Assembly: GCA_951406725.2 (NCBI GenBank)
Contig: OX597814.1
Location: 27,900,001-27,964,000, forward strand
Length of the DNA: 64,000 bases
Source of the DNA: Octopus vulgaris
Taxonomy: Eukaryota
Direction of reading: 5' to 3'
In this document: in pieces, positions 1 to 12,080 of the stretch
Layout of the letters: each line of letters opens with the position of its first letter
Position numbering within the stretch: position 1 is the stretch's first letter
The notes under the pieces: model-generated
The model's database searches: none
Told to the model about the DNA's origin: nothing
The model's input: the letters and a program-made list of their open reading frames with translations, nothing else
Position numbers and translations under genes: made by a program

Positions 1-204
1 GGTGTGACAAGGCTGTACCTTTTGAAATACCGTTACAATCCATCCGATGAGCTTCCTTGCAGTTTCCGTCTATCGAATTTTACTCACAAGCTATGGGTCG
101 ATCCAAGGCCGTAGAAAACAGCATTTTCACCGGATATTACGCAGAGGTATCAAAGCCGGGACTACGTGGTTACGAACCAAACTTCTGTAGCGGCACAAGC
201 AGCC

Positions 205-655
205 AGCGCCATATTGGATGAGATCTCGCGGCAGCCATTGCCATCTCCGAGACTGGATCGAGACTTCACCTGCATTCATTTGCCATGCGCGAGATCACAA
301 CGAAGCTCGTGATGGAAATTATATAAACGGAAAATCGATTCAGACCTGTCTTTTTTGGCGCTACCTTCACAGCAGCACTGGCTGAACACCACCACTGCCT
401 GAGGCTTTCTGCCTGTCTCTCTCCAGAGGCAATTTGCGCCCGCACAATCGGAGCTTAAGATGGTAGCTGGGAGTAGCACACTTCACCTTTCCTGTAAATA
501 AACCAGTTGTAAATAGCATTTGCACTTGAAATTTTTTCTCTTCGCCTGCTGGAATTACATAAAGAACAAGAAGATGATAGAAGGAGACGATATTCCTCCG
601 ATATCGTAAACCTGGCCTTTCATTATTAAACTTCCTAACCATTCGGCCACACCAG
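205..655 (-). mobile_element. Probable old tRNA-derived SINE-like element
   Basis: Minus strand begins gtcctggtgtggccgaatggttagg (tRNA A-box-like); GC-rich body; B-box is degenerate and there is no second copy in the window. Confidence 0.35.
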
Positions 656-876
656 GACTACGTATACTATACTACTTCTTCTCTCATGTTATATTATTTC
701 TATTATTATGAGGTGGTGTATTGGCAGAATCATTAGCAGGCCGGATAAAATGCTTAGGGGCATTTCTTCCGGCTTTACATTTAGTACCAGCTGAGCACTG
801 GGCTCAATGTAATCAACGAGTCTCCTTCCCCTCAAATTTCAGGCCTTATGTCTATAACAAAAAGAATTATTATAAA

Positions 877-1090
877 GGTGGCGAGCTGGGCAGAATCTTT
901 AGCGCGCCGGACAAAATACTTTGCAGCATTTCATCCGACTCTTTGCGTTCAAATTCGGCTAATGTCAACTTTACCTTTCATCCTTTCCGGATCGATAAAA
1001 CAACGTATCAGTTGAGCACTGGTATCGATGTAATAGACTTGTCCCCACTCCTCAAAACCGCTGGCCTGGCGCCAAAACTACAAAGAATTA
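877..1090 (+). mobile_element. SINE family A, diverged copy
   Basis: ggtggcgagctgg head, gttcaaattc B-box, ctttacctttcatcctttccggatcgataaa body. Confidence 0.75.
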
Positions 1091-2555
1091 TTATTATAAA
1101 CATATTATGTTTGTTATCTTAATATATTGGTTTCAAATTTTGGCACAAGGCCAGCAATTTGGGGGAGGAGTTAAGTCGATTACATCGACTCCAGTGTTCA
1201 ATTGGTACTTATTTTATCAACCTCCGAAAAGATGAAGGTCAAAGTCGACCTCGGCGGAATTTGAACCCAGAACGATGCCGCCAGCTCGCCGCCTTTTGTT
1301 ATCTTAATATATTACCATTTCTGTTATCAAGCAGCTGCTTTAAAGCTGTGAACTGGCAGATTTGTTATATATCTTGGAAAAAATGCTTTGTGGTGTTCGT
1401 TGCGGCTCTTTTCGTTCTGAGTTCAAATCTCGCCAAGATTTATTTTTCATCTTATCAAGGTCGATAAAATAAAGTACCACTGAAGTCCTGGTGTCGATGT
1501 TATCAACTAATTCCTTCACCGAAAAATGTCTGATCTTGTTTCCAAGGCAGAAATGTATTATATTCTTTCCTACTCTAAGCACAAGACCCCAGTACGCTAC
1601 TGGTACTTAATTTATCGACCCCGAAAGGATGGACAGTAAAGTCGACCTCTGCGCAAGAAACGTATGATATTGTGATATCTATTATCATTGTGTGGCTAGG
1701 AAGATCGCTCTGCAACTACGTGGTTTCGAGTTCAATCCTATTGCGCGACACCTTGGACAAGTGTTTTCTGCTATAGACCCGGACCGACGAATACTTTGTA
1801 ACTGAATTTGGTTGATGGAAACTGAGTGGAAGAGGTCATTTGTGTCCGTACATGTGTGTGTGTATCTGTTCGTCTTTGTTTTTGTGTTTGCGCCCCACCG
1901 CTTGAAAACCAGTGCATGCTTATTTTTGTCCCAGCAACGTAGTGGTTCGGCAAAAGTGACTCGTAGAATATAGTCCAGACTATAAAAAAAATAATCAAGT
2001 GCTGGGGTTGATTTGTTCGACTAAACCCTTCAAAGGGGTGCCCCAATATGGTGACAGTGCAATGACTGAAAGGAGTGGAGAATTGAAACTAAAAACATGC
2101 AAGAATATAATTCCTGTTATCATATATTTGCTTCACCAGTGATTACCTGGAAAAAGGGCCTGCAAGAGAAATTTGACAAAGTGTTTTCTCAGAATTTAAA
2201 GGTTCTCAGGTTTTAGCTCCTTGTGCTTTTCTTGCTGTTTTTCAGCGAGGGGCAGAAGACAGTCATGGGTCCCACCTTAGTTCTCCCGACCCCGCGTACC
2301 GATGCACCAACTGAACCACCATGGCAGGGTCCTTCTTATGGACCCTACCATGGATTAAACTGGTCTTCTAGAAAACCTCTAAGGCAACGTATACCAACAT
2401 AAAGAACAAGTCGAAGTTCCGTCCTTCACCTATCTAAGCAGTACTTCAAAACACAATAGTAGGGGTATCAATCAGGCTACTGTATTGTCCTAATACAATT
2501 ATTATTATTATTTAACATATGATATATTTTTATTCTGATCCACCTTATTTGCTGG

Positions 2556-2845
2556 AGGTTCAGTCCCACTGCGTGGCACCTTGGGCAAGTGTCCTCTACT
2601 ATAGCCTCGGGCCGATCAAAGTCGTGTGAGTGGATTTAGTAGACGGAAACTGAAATACGCCCGTCGTATATATGTATGTGTGTGGTGTGTTTACTTCCTC
2701 GTAACATAGCGGTTCGGCAAAAGAGACCGATAGAATAAGTACTAGGCTTACAAAGACTAAGTCCTGGGGTATATTTGCTCGACTAAAGGCGGTGGTCCAG
2801 CAGGGTCGCAGTGAAATGACTGAAACAAGTAAAAGAGTAAAGAGT
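2556..2845 (+). mobile_element. SINE family B (tRNA head + CORE-like domain), 5'-truncated
   Basis: ggttcagtcccactgcgtggcaccttgggcaagtgtc ... gactgaaacaagtaaaagagtaaagag; matches many other copies in the window. Confidence 0.85.
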
Positions 2846-3094
2846 GCTCCCGCCGTCTGCTAGAAGATGGTAGGGATTCGTTCCTTTGCTTGCGATATAT
2901 ATCGGGTGCAGATTGTATCGATAACCAGCTGGAGGAGGATCTTCCTGGGGTTAAAAACTGTAGGAACGTCGGTTCGTACAGAACAGCCATATTGATGTGG
3001 CGATAAACACTACTTCTCGTTAGAGACACTAATTTCATCTCTTATAAAGATTTTCCAACTTGATATTTTTATTTTATTTATCTTTCCCTCATAC

Positions 3095-3390
3095 TTTTAT
3101 TCTTTTACTTGTTTCAGTCATTTTGAGTGCGGCCATGCTGTAGCAACACCTTTAGTTGAACAAATCGATCCCAGGAATTATTCTTTGCAAGCCTAGTACT
3201 TATTCTATCTGTGTCTTTTGCCCAACCGCTAATTCATGGGGACATAAACACACCAACGTCGGTTGTCATGCGATGGTGCGGGACAAACGCAGACACACAC
3301 AAGTATATACATACATACATGCATACATACATACATACATACATACATACATACATACATACATACATACATACATACGTACACACACAC

Positions 3391-3456
<66 letters not shown>

Positions 3457-3557
3457 TCAGATGAATATGGTACTTAAGTTGGGGCACCTGAATTTAGTGG
3501 AGTCGCATGAAATGATCGTACTGCATTACCTCTGGATATCCTTGTTGCTTATTTTGA

Positions 3558-3601
<44 letters not shown>

Positions 3602-3757
3602 GACGGGCTTCTCTCAGTTTCCGTCTACCAAACCCACCCACAAGGCTTTGGTCGGCCCGAGGCTATAGTAGAAGACACTTGCCCAAGATGCCATGCAGTG
3701 GAACTGAACCCGGAACCATGTGGCTGGTAAGCAAGCTTGTTATCACACAACCACTGC
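3095..3757 (-). mobile_element. SINE family B with expanded internal (TACA)n/(GATA)n/(TA)n region
   Basis: Both halves of the family-B consensus flank the microsatellite block. Confidence 0.85.
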
Positions 3758-5354
3758 AAATTCGAAGTCTAATAGTGAATCCATTTTAATAATTAAGAGT
3801 CGTTAAGGTGGCGAGCTGGCTGCGTCGTTATAGCGTCGAGCAAAATGCTTAGCGGCATTTCGTCCGTCTTTACGTTATGGGTTCAAATTCCGCCGAGGTC
3901 GACTTTGCTGTTCATTCTTTCGGGGTTAATGGTATAAGAGCCAGTTAAACATGGGGTCGGTGTAATCTAGTTATACCCCTCCCCCGAAATTACTGGCCTT
4001 GTGCCAAAATTTGAAATCAATAATTAAGAACCCTTTGCTACGCCCGTGTTATTTTATTAACTCCAGGTTAACTCTGATTTAGCACAGCTATGTTCAAATG
4101 CAGTTCAGCAATGACCATTCCGCGTTTTTACGTGTACCGAGGGCTAGATGGTTTAATATGCCCAACTTATTATTTGTATGATAATTGGATGCATGGTCAA
4201 ATGTAAAAATTTGGATACTGATTCTAGTAAGCCAAGCAATTACATAGAGGTGCTTGGTTTTCCTGTAAACATTGACCTAAAGATGTTTAGGTTTGGCATT
4301 AATCTCACCCATAGTTTGAGAGAGGGCCTTTAAAGTTTGAAGTAACTAACCGCTCCTCGTATGACTAGATCATTAAAAATGTTTAAAATAGTAACATTAA
4401 AATAAGGTAAATAAAATAAATTGTACTTACCCGAATAAATGAAATATCTCTAATTAGATTTTTAATTACCTCATGCGTTTAATATTTTAACGTTCAACGA
4501 AATAAAATACAATGAGGTTCACTAAAATAAGTCAAAGTGTAAGCGAAACAAAGAACCGCGTGTTTGGGTGTGATTAGGGATGTTTGACCTTTAAACAAGA
4601 ATTACGTTTATTTTATTCGTTCTGAAGTCCATTCTATGTTATGCACATTAGTTTACCAAATATAGTAAGTTTTTTTTTTTTTTTTTTTTTTATTTGGCAG
4701 AATCGTTAGAGCGTCGGAGAAAATACCCTGCGGTTTTTGTTCCGGATTTTTATATTCTGTGGTTAAATCCCGCCAAGATTAACTTTGCCTTTCATTATTT
4801 CGGAATCGATAAAATAAAGTGCTAGTCAAATATCGGAATCGGAGACATCGATTCATCCCTTCCTTAAAATTACTGGTTTAGTACCTAAATCAGAAAACGT
4901 TATTTAGGAATAAAACCTAAAATACGAGTATAAGGGAATGAATGACATTGATTCCTTTCCCAGGAAAATTAGCGACGTGATTAATGCGACGTTATAGCAA
5001 TTATCGAAACTTTGTTGCCAGTTCCACTGGGAAAGAACTTATCTGTCATATAACTTAATCCTGATAAAATTCAGTAATTCGACAGGTTTTGACTGAAATT
5101 AAATCGGTGGTCTGGCCGAATTGGTAGAGTGATGAAGAAAATATCTTATAGTATTTAGTTACGTTATTTTATGAACTTAGTTCAAATCCCGCCGAGATCC
5201 ATTTAACCATTCAACCATGCAAGATTGATAAAATACGTAGCTCTTAATGAGTAGGGGTTGTTGTAATCGACTGCAACCCCGGCTCAAAATGTGTGCCCTT
5301 GTGAATGAGCCAGAAGACAATGCTATATTATTCGTAATAATGTAATAGGGCGTA

Positions 5355-5940
5355 GGCGGCGAGCTGGCAGAAACGTTAGCACGCCGGGTGAAATGCTTAG
5401 CGGTATTTCGTCTGCCGTTACGTTGTGAGTTCAAATTCCGCCGAGGTCGACTTTACCTTTCATCCTTTCGGGGTCGATAAATTAAGTACCAGTTAAGCAC
5501 TGGGGTCGATATAATCGACTTAATACCTATGTCTGTCCATGTTTGTCCCCTCTATGTTCAGCCCCTTGTGGGTAATAAAGAAATAGGTATTTCGTCTGCC
5601 GCTACGTTCTGAGTTCAAATTCCACCGAGGTCGACTTTGCCTTTCATCCTATCGGGGTCGATTAAATAAGTACCAGTACCCAATGTGGTCGATATAATCG
5701 ACTTAATCCGTTTGTCTGTCCTTGTTTGTCCTCTCCGTGTTTAGCCCCTTGTGGGTAGTAAAGAAATAGAAATAGGTATTTCGTTCGTCTTTACGTTCTG
5801 AGTTCAAATTCCGCCGAGGCCGACTTTGCCTTTCATCATTTCGGAGTCAATAAAATAAGAACCAGTTGAGTACAGGTGTTGTTGTAATCGTCTTACCCCT
5901 TCGTCTGGAATCGCTGGTCTTGTGTCAAAATTTGAAACCA
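5355..5940 (+). mobile_element. SINE family A head-to-tail array (3 units)
   Basis: One tRNA head; body repeated three times, restarting at ggtatttcg after the tail aaagaaata (5586, 5775). Confidence 0.9.
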
Positions 5941-6039
5941 ATATTGAAATAAGACCTAAAATTTTGAGGCAGGAAATATTAAGATCCAAGTTCCTTATTT
6001 TATCGAGTTCAGAAGTACGGAGGCGACTTTCATGTCTCT

Positions 6040-6560
6040 TTGAGTATCAGAATGGTAGCGTTTGAAGACTCCCATAACATTTACTCGCAACAACGTGAGA
6101 CAATATTTTGCAGCTTTATACTATGGTATCTCTTTCTCTTTCTTGGAGATAAAAGTTTTAGAGGGTAAGAGTAACCGCTTCGAAAATAGCCTTCATTCAT
6201 TTACATTGAATTTAGTTCCATCCCTATAAAAGCCTTCGATTGTGCTGAAATATTCCAGAGTAGCCGAGATATCTGTCCTTGCTGATTCCTATCTTATGCT
6301 ATGGAGATAAGATCATTTCTTGAATCTTCGAAGCAGACCTTTAGAAGCAATAAACGTTTGAATGATTTTCTCAGTTTGTTTTAATTGTTAAAATGATAAT
6401 TTTAACACCTATGGCTTCAGATAATAGCAACTGGTACCGTGACATAACATCTGCCCCAAAACTTAACATTGTCTCCATATTTTCCACATTTCACTGAGTA
6501 GCAATGTTAAGATGTGTTACGCACACACGATTCTTTTTGTTAAATGTTTCTTTGTCGGAT
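6040..6560 (-). pseudogene. Degraded Tigger/pogo transposase fragment
   Basis: Manual minus-strand translation gives FIASKGLLRRFKK*SYLHSIR*ESARTD, then FNVNE..., PSKTFISKKEKEIP*YKAAKYCLTLL, matching the pogo/Tigger HTH-to-DDE motifs. Confidence 0.7.
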
Positions 6561-6994
6561 CGATTCATTATGGTTTCTAAAATTGGCAACGCATGTCCTA
6601 ATTATTCCACAAAACTCTTTTCTGTTTTCCTTCTATTTTTTTGTTACAGTTTTTAGATTGGTGTGGTATCTGATAATGTAATTTGACATGACGGGATAAC
6701 AAAAGCACTGGATTCATTATTTTTTTTAAAATACGGTATTTTAAGAAAATAAAAAATTGTTACAAGATTGATACAAATTAGCACGCGCAAACACTGCAGG
6801 ATACGAAAGTAAACCAACTGTGACTGATTGGCTGTTTTTTGCGCTATTATAAATCAACGAAGCGATTCCTCATAAAGAGGTTTAAATTTAGTGGGAAATT
6901 TCGAGAAGACCGTGCATTGTTATCGTAATTTTGATTGTTAAATTGCTTCAAAATTGCTTCGCTCGAATGAGATTTATTGAGGAAGTGTGTGTGT

Positions 6995-7034
<40 letters not shown>

Positions 7035-7113
7035 GGCTTCATTTCCACAGACGCCAGCTGAATTCAATTCGTCCCCAGTCGAAAGACACCTGTTGTTATG
7101 TCCTGTTGTTATA

Positions 7114-7117
<4 letters not shown>

Positions 7118-7196
<79 letters not shown>

Positions 7197-7200
7197 ATTA

Positions 7201-7292
<92 letters not shown>
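7118..7292. repeat. (ATT)n microsatellite
   Basis: Direct reading. Confidence 0.95.
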
Positions 7293-7588
7293 GTATTTTG
7301 TATTTATATTCGTGTAACATCGTCTGTTTTTCCGTCCTTGTTTTCGTATACATTCTATGCTTTTTTCCAAGCAATCTAATGCTCTTAGCTTAGTTTTCCT
7401 TGGGGTTGGCCACACTAGAGCAATCTCAAGATTAATCAGCCGAAATTGCGAGGTTCTTGACTGAGGATAGAAAGCTTCGAATGACCCGTCCTTGTATTTT
7501 TGTATCGTCTATCTGGATGTTTTGTTGTCCCTTTTTGTATCACCTAGTTGTGCGGATGTCTTGCGTTCTTATCCCATTTTGTATTATA
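7293..7588 (+). mobile_element. Microsatellite-associated repeat (possibly Penelope-like terminal repeat) carrying permuted hammerhead motifs
   Basis: Homologous to 50505-50645; contains gcaatc-tcaaga, gaaattgc, tcttga-ctgagga. Confidence 0.6.
7420..7479 (+). ncRNA. Candidate non-circularly permuted hammerhead ribozyme
   Basis: Stem III gcaa-U(C) 7420-7425 pairs with (GAA)Attgc 7445-7449; stem I tcaaga 7426-7431 pairs with tcttga 7455-7460; CUGAGGA at 7461-7467; stem II weak. Confidence 0.5.
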
Positions 7589-7630
7589 CACACACACACA
7601 CACGCACACACACACACACACACTCTCTCA

Positions 7631-7720
<90 letters not shown>

Positions 7721-8010
7721 GTGGTTAAGGCAGCGGACTCGCGGTTGTAGGATCGCGGTTTCGATTCCCAGACTGGGCGTTGTGAGTGTTTATTGAGCGA
7801 AAACACCTAAAGCTCCACGTCTCCGGCAGGAGGTGGTGGTGATCCCTGCTGTACTCTTTCGTCACAACTTTTTCTCACTATTTCTTCTGTTGGCCTGCTC
7901 GCTTAGCCAGCGGGGTGGTGTCATTTGAAGGCTAAAACAATGCGAAGCGCATTGTTACCAGCGATGTGTAGCAACATCTGATAGCCTGGTCGGTTATGGT
8001 GATCACGGTG
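7721..8010 (+). mobile_element. SINE family C (tRNA-like head) with tail type 2, embedded in (TA)n
   Basis: gtggttaaggcagcggactcgcgg...ggtttcgattccc head; unique tail ending gatcacggtg; (TA)n on both sides. Confidence 0.85.
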
Positions 8011-8046
<36 letters not shown>

Positions 8047-8102
8047 AAAAGTCGAGCAAAGCAAATGAGTGCTCAACACCGCATTGATGGATAAAATTTC
8101 TT

Positions 8103-8311
8103 TATCTGTGTATTAAAGCTACCATTGGTTTCGTGTTAAGGAAAAAATCTTAATAATTTTTCAAGCCGATCACATGGAAGAATGTCTCCATTTTGGTGTT
8201 TTCATCCAAAATAGACCAACACCACTCCTCCATGAGATCGGCTTGAAAAATTGTTAAGATATTAAGATATTTTGCTTAACATGAAACCAATGTTAGCCTT
8301 GATATACAAAT
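8103..8311. mobile_element. Fold-back / MITE-like long inverted repeat
   Basis: Arm 8103-8178 is the imperfect reverse complement of 8229-8311 (e.g. tttttcaagccgatc / gatcggcttgaaaaa; cattggtttc / gaaaccaatg). Confidence 0.75.
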
Positions 8312-8729
8312 ATACATATGTACATACCTACGTATGTATGTATGTATGTATGTATGTATGTATGTATGTATGTATGTATGTATGTATGTATGTATATTTA
8401 TATATGCATCAGCATTTAGTAATGGCAACACAAAGCCGGTAAAAACAAAGGGTGAATAACTGTGGGAGACAATACAAAAGACATATTCAGAAATTTCACT
8501 ATAGTTACTAAAAATTCTATTCTCATCCTTTCAACAAGAAAATTTCAATTTGATTTAATTCAATTTTCGTAGTTATTTCCCTTGGCTTTCTTGACCAGAA
8601 TTAATCAATAAGCTAAGGTTCTTTCTTTTTATTTTTTGGTCCACACTATTGATGTATAATCTTAACTAAATCATAATAATTGACTTCCTGCATTATGCTA
8701 ACATCGATTTTTACCATTTCGAGAGAAAG

Positions 8730-8730
<1 letters not shown>

Positions 8731-8778
<48 letters not shown>

Positions 8779-8794
8779 CAGCAGTAGTAGTAGC

Positions 8795-8826
<32 letters not shown>

Positions 8827-8925
8827 AGGTAATAGTGGTGGTGGTTGTGGTGGTGGTGGTGGTGGTGGTGGTAGTAGTTATGGTAATAGCAGCAGTAGAT
8901 GTGGTGGTGGTGGTGGTGGTAGTAA
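8731..8925. repeat. Compound (TAG)n/(TGG)n microsatellite
   Basis: Direct reading. Confidence 0.9.
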
Positions 8926-9840
8926 TAGTTCTTGTTTACCAACAGATCAGCCTTGATTAAGCAGGCCTATGATGAAATATATATTTCAACCATAAGCGTC
9001 TCATCTTTTTAGGTGCATATAGTACTGCATTAGCTCGTGTGTCCTCTTTGAATTTATATTTAAGATTGCAAGGGTCTGTGGGAATTCTGACTGTTGCGTC
9101 TAATAGATTGTATGACAATATAGCGGTTTCTTCGTTGGTTCGCCCTCAGTTAAGTATTTTCCACTCGTAATAAAAGTTGTACTTTTGATAATACCGGCTG
9201 AGAAACAGTCTTGGGAAGAAATATAAGCAATAAAACAATAACCTTAATTTATAAGTATATTTATAGCATCAATAATAATTGAACGTCTGATATTGCTTGT
9301 CTGGCTGTTTCTGTCTCTTTCTGTCGACCTCTTGTACTCTCTTTCCAACACACACACACACATATATATATATTCACACACACACACGCACACAAACACA
9401 CACACACATGTGTATAATGACGAAGGGTTTTCTCACGATGCTTGTTATAACATCACCACCTGCAAGCCTGTTTCCCACGAGTCGACGAGAGAAGGCCTTT
9501 ACGCATGTTTCTTCCCCACATGGCTACACGGCTAGGCCAGCAGAATAATAAATGTCTGCTTCTTTTAACGGGACACTGCTCGGAAGATTGACCGAGACGA
9601 CTCAGGGAATACCAACAATTATGACCTGCCTCTTAAAGTCATACTCTCCATATTCCGGAAGTGCGAATCTGGTTAAGTAGTATGCACTCACATAGAAACG
9701 CAAGAATGCGCTTATACATACATACATACATACATACATACATACATACATACATACATACATACATACATACAAACATACATACATACATATATACATA
9801 CATACATACGTACATACATACTTACATACATACATATGTA

Positions 9841-10052
9841 CGAGGGAGTACTGAAAGGCTCCTGGCTTTAAGGGTATCGTGAAGGGCCTGGTTTGAGGCC
9901 TAACTTTTCGAATACATCTTTTAGAGGGCTTATAAAAACTGAAGGACCGGTGCAAAAAGTGCTGTGAATCTGAGAGGGGTTAAATAAAATCGTAATTAAC
10001 TGATCTTGTATTTTCTTTTACCCAAAGCCAGGAACTTTTCAGCAACCCCTCA
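9841..10052 (+). mobile_element. Mariner-derived MITE
   Basis: TA flanks; TIRs cgagggagtactgaaaggctcctggcttt / aaagccaggaacttttcagcaacccctca; interior resembles a mariner transposase C-terminus (GL.KLKDRCKKC). Confidence 0.8.
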
Positions 10053-10329
10053 TACATAAGAAATCTTAAAATAAAACTGAATAATGACGTGTGTGTGTGT
10101 GTGTATGTGTGTGCATATATGTGTGTATGTGTGTGTTATGGAAACCATACTCATATTGCAATACAAAGTCAAAATTAACAGGTACATACATCAAGCAATT
10201 AAGACGTAGCTATCGACATTGGAATTTTAAAGAATTTTAAGACGTGACTACTGAGCTATATAATGCTAACGATCAATAAACCTTTGGCGGGAAAGTCTAA
10301 ACCAAAACACACACACACACACACACACA

Positions 10330-10545
10330 GGCGCATGGCAGGAGTGATTAGACACTTTATTTCACGCTGCAAGCTGTATCAGCCTTTTCCTTTGCCTTGG
10401 ATAACATTGGTGGTGTGGAGAAGGGGATGCATGGGCGACTGCTGGTCTTCTATAAACAACCTTGCCCACGCTTGTGCCCCTCGGTGAGTAACTTTATCGG
10501 TGCAATCCCATGGTCATTAATGACTGAATGGTGTCTTTACCCTCT
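10330..10545 (+). mobile_element. SINE family D, internally deleted copy
   Basis: Reverse-complement match to 60085-60388 (aagctgtatc, aacattggtgg, gcatgggcgactgct). Confidence 0.65.
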
Positions 10546-10783
10546 GTATATATATACATATATATATAATATATATATATATATAACGTCGTAAGAAATT
10601 TGAAAAGCTAAACGCGAAACCGGTCTTTCTTCTAAATTATGTCATTGTAAGAAAAAAATTTTTAATATTCTTCAGAAATATTGACGCAAATATATATATT
10701 TTTTAACCTTTAAGCCTTCTGTAGTTTTTCACTTTTTACTATTTTCTATATATTCAACCACGTGCTTTCACAAACCAACTTTC

Positions 10784-10907
<124 letters not shown>

Positions 10908-11050
10908 CACTTAGCGGTTCGGCAAAAGAGACCGATGGAATAAGTACTGGGCTTACAAAGAATAAGTCCCGGGGTCGAGTTGCTCGATTAAAGGCGGTGC
11001 TCCAGCATGGCCGCAGTCAAATGACTGAAACAAGTAAAAGAGAAAGAGAA

Positions 11051-11211
<161 letters not shown>

Positions 11212-11229
11212 TATATAATATAATATAAA

Positions 11230-11488
11230 CAATATATAAATATATGCATATATACATACATATATGTACATGCCTACATATATATGTATCTATACATGCA
11301 TATATGGGTACAGGACATAAAAAAAAAAGCGTTGAACACAATGAGAAACGAAAACATAAAATCAAAAACCAAGAAAACGAACTTGTTTTCGAACTACGAA
11401 AAAAAAAAACGGAGAGACGAGACATACAACATAAAGAATATTCCCCTTCATCAGTTGTTCCTGTTTCAACTACTCCGCGTTTCGGTAG
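11230..11488 (-). mobile_element. Microsatellite-associated repeat (possibly Penelope-like terminal repeat)
   Basis: Second copy at 52700-52880; minus strand carries gaaacgcg ... ctgatga. Confidence 0.6.
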
Positions 11489-11659
11489 CCTTGGTGAAGC
11501 ATTGTGAGGTGGGGTGCACATTCATCAACTTCTCCATCTATAACATTAAAGCATGCCCGAGGGCCTACGTAGCATACGCGGTAGTCTACAATAAATGGGG
11601 AACATCTTACATGGGAAGCAATATTAGGAAACTACACATCCGAATAAAAGAAAACGTGC

Positions 11660-12080
11660 TTCCATTGGCTTCAAACAGAACAGAACATTTCCACCCTCCT
11701 CTCTTTCAAAACGAGTGTCAACTGCCAAAGTACCCACTTTGCACACACTTTCGGATACTTTAAATCTTCCCCCCGTCTTCTGTAAATCATTGTGATCACG
11801 GTAAGATTAGGGACTGTAACTCATCTGCCTACGCAAATCAAGTCGTTCACTTGTAAGTGTTCCCTGGACACAATTGATGGTTTTCTACTGCCTGGTTTGC
11901 AGTAAATACTGTTTCCTGCTTTTCTACTTCTTTATCCATCTGTGCACATTGCTCTGATCAATGGAGACATTTCTGTAAACAACCTGTTGTCTTCTGTAGA
12001 TGTCGGTTAGCCTGAATACATCTTTCATCAAGAAGTCAACGACAGTATGTTGTATGTTCTGTCTGGAATCCATTATTTGT
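11660..12080 (-). pseudogene. Degraded mariner transposase (N-terminal half)
   Basis: From ATG at 12073: MDSRQNIQHTVVDFLMKDVFRLTDIYRRQQVVYRNVSIDQSNVHRWIKK*... LKYPKVCAKWVLWQLT (mariner HTH and WVPHEL-like motif); stops and frameshifts present. Confidence 0.75.

Noticed and set aside
367-642. 91-aa minus-strand ORF with an internal acceptor-like site (ttatttacag)
   Set aside because: No recognisable domain and no partner exons; lies just behind a tRNA-like head, so more likely repeat-derived
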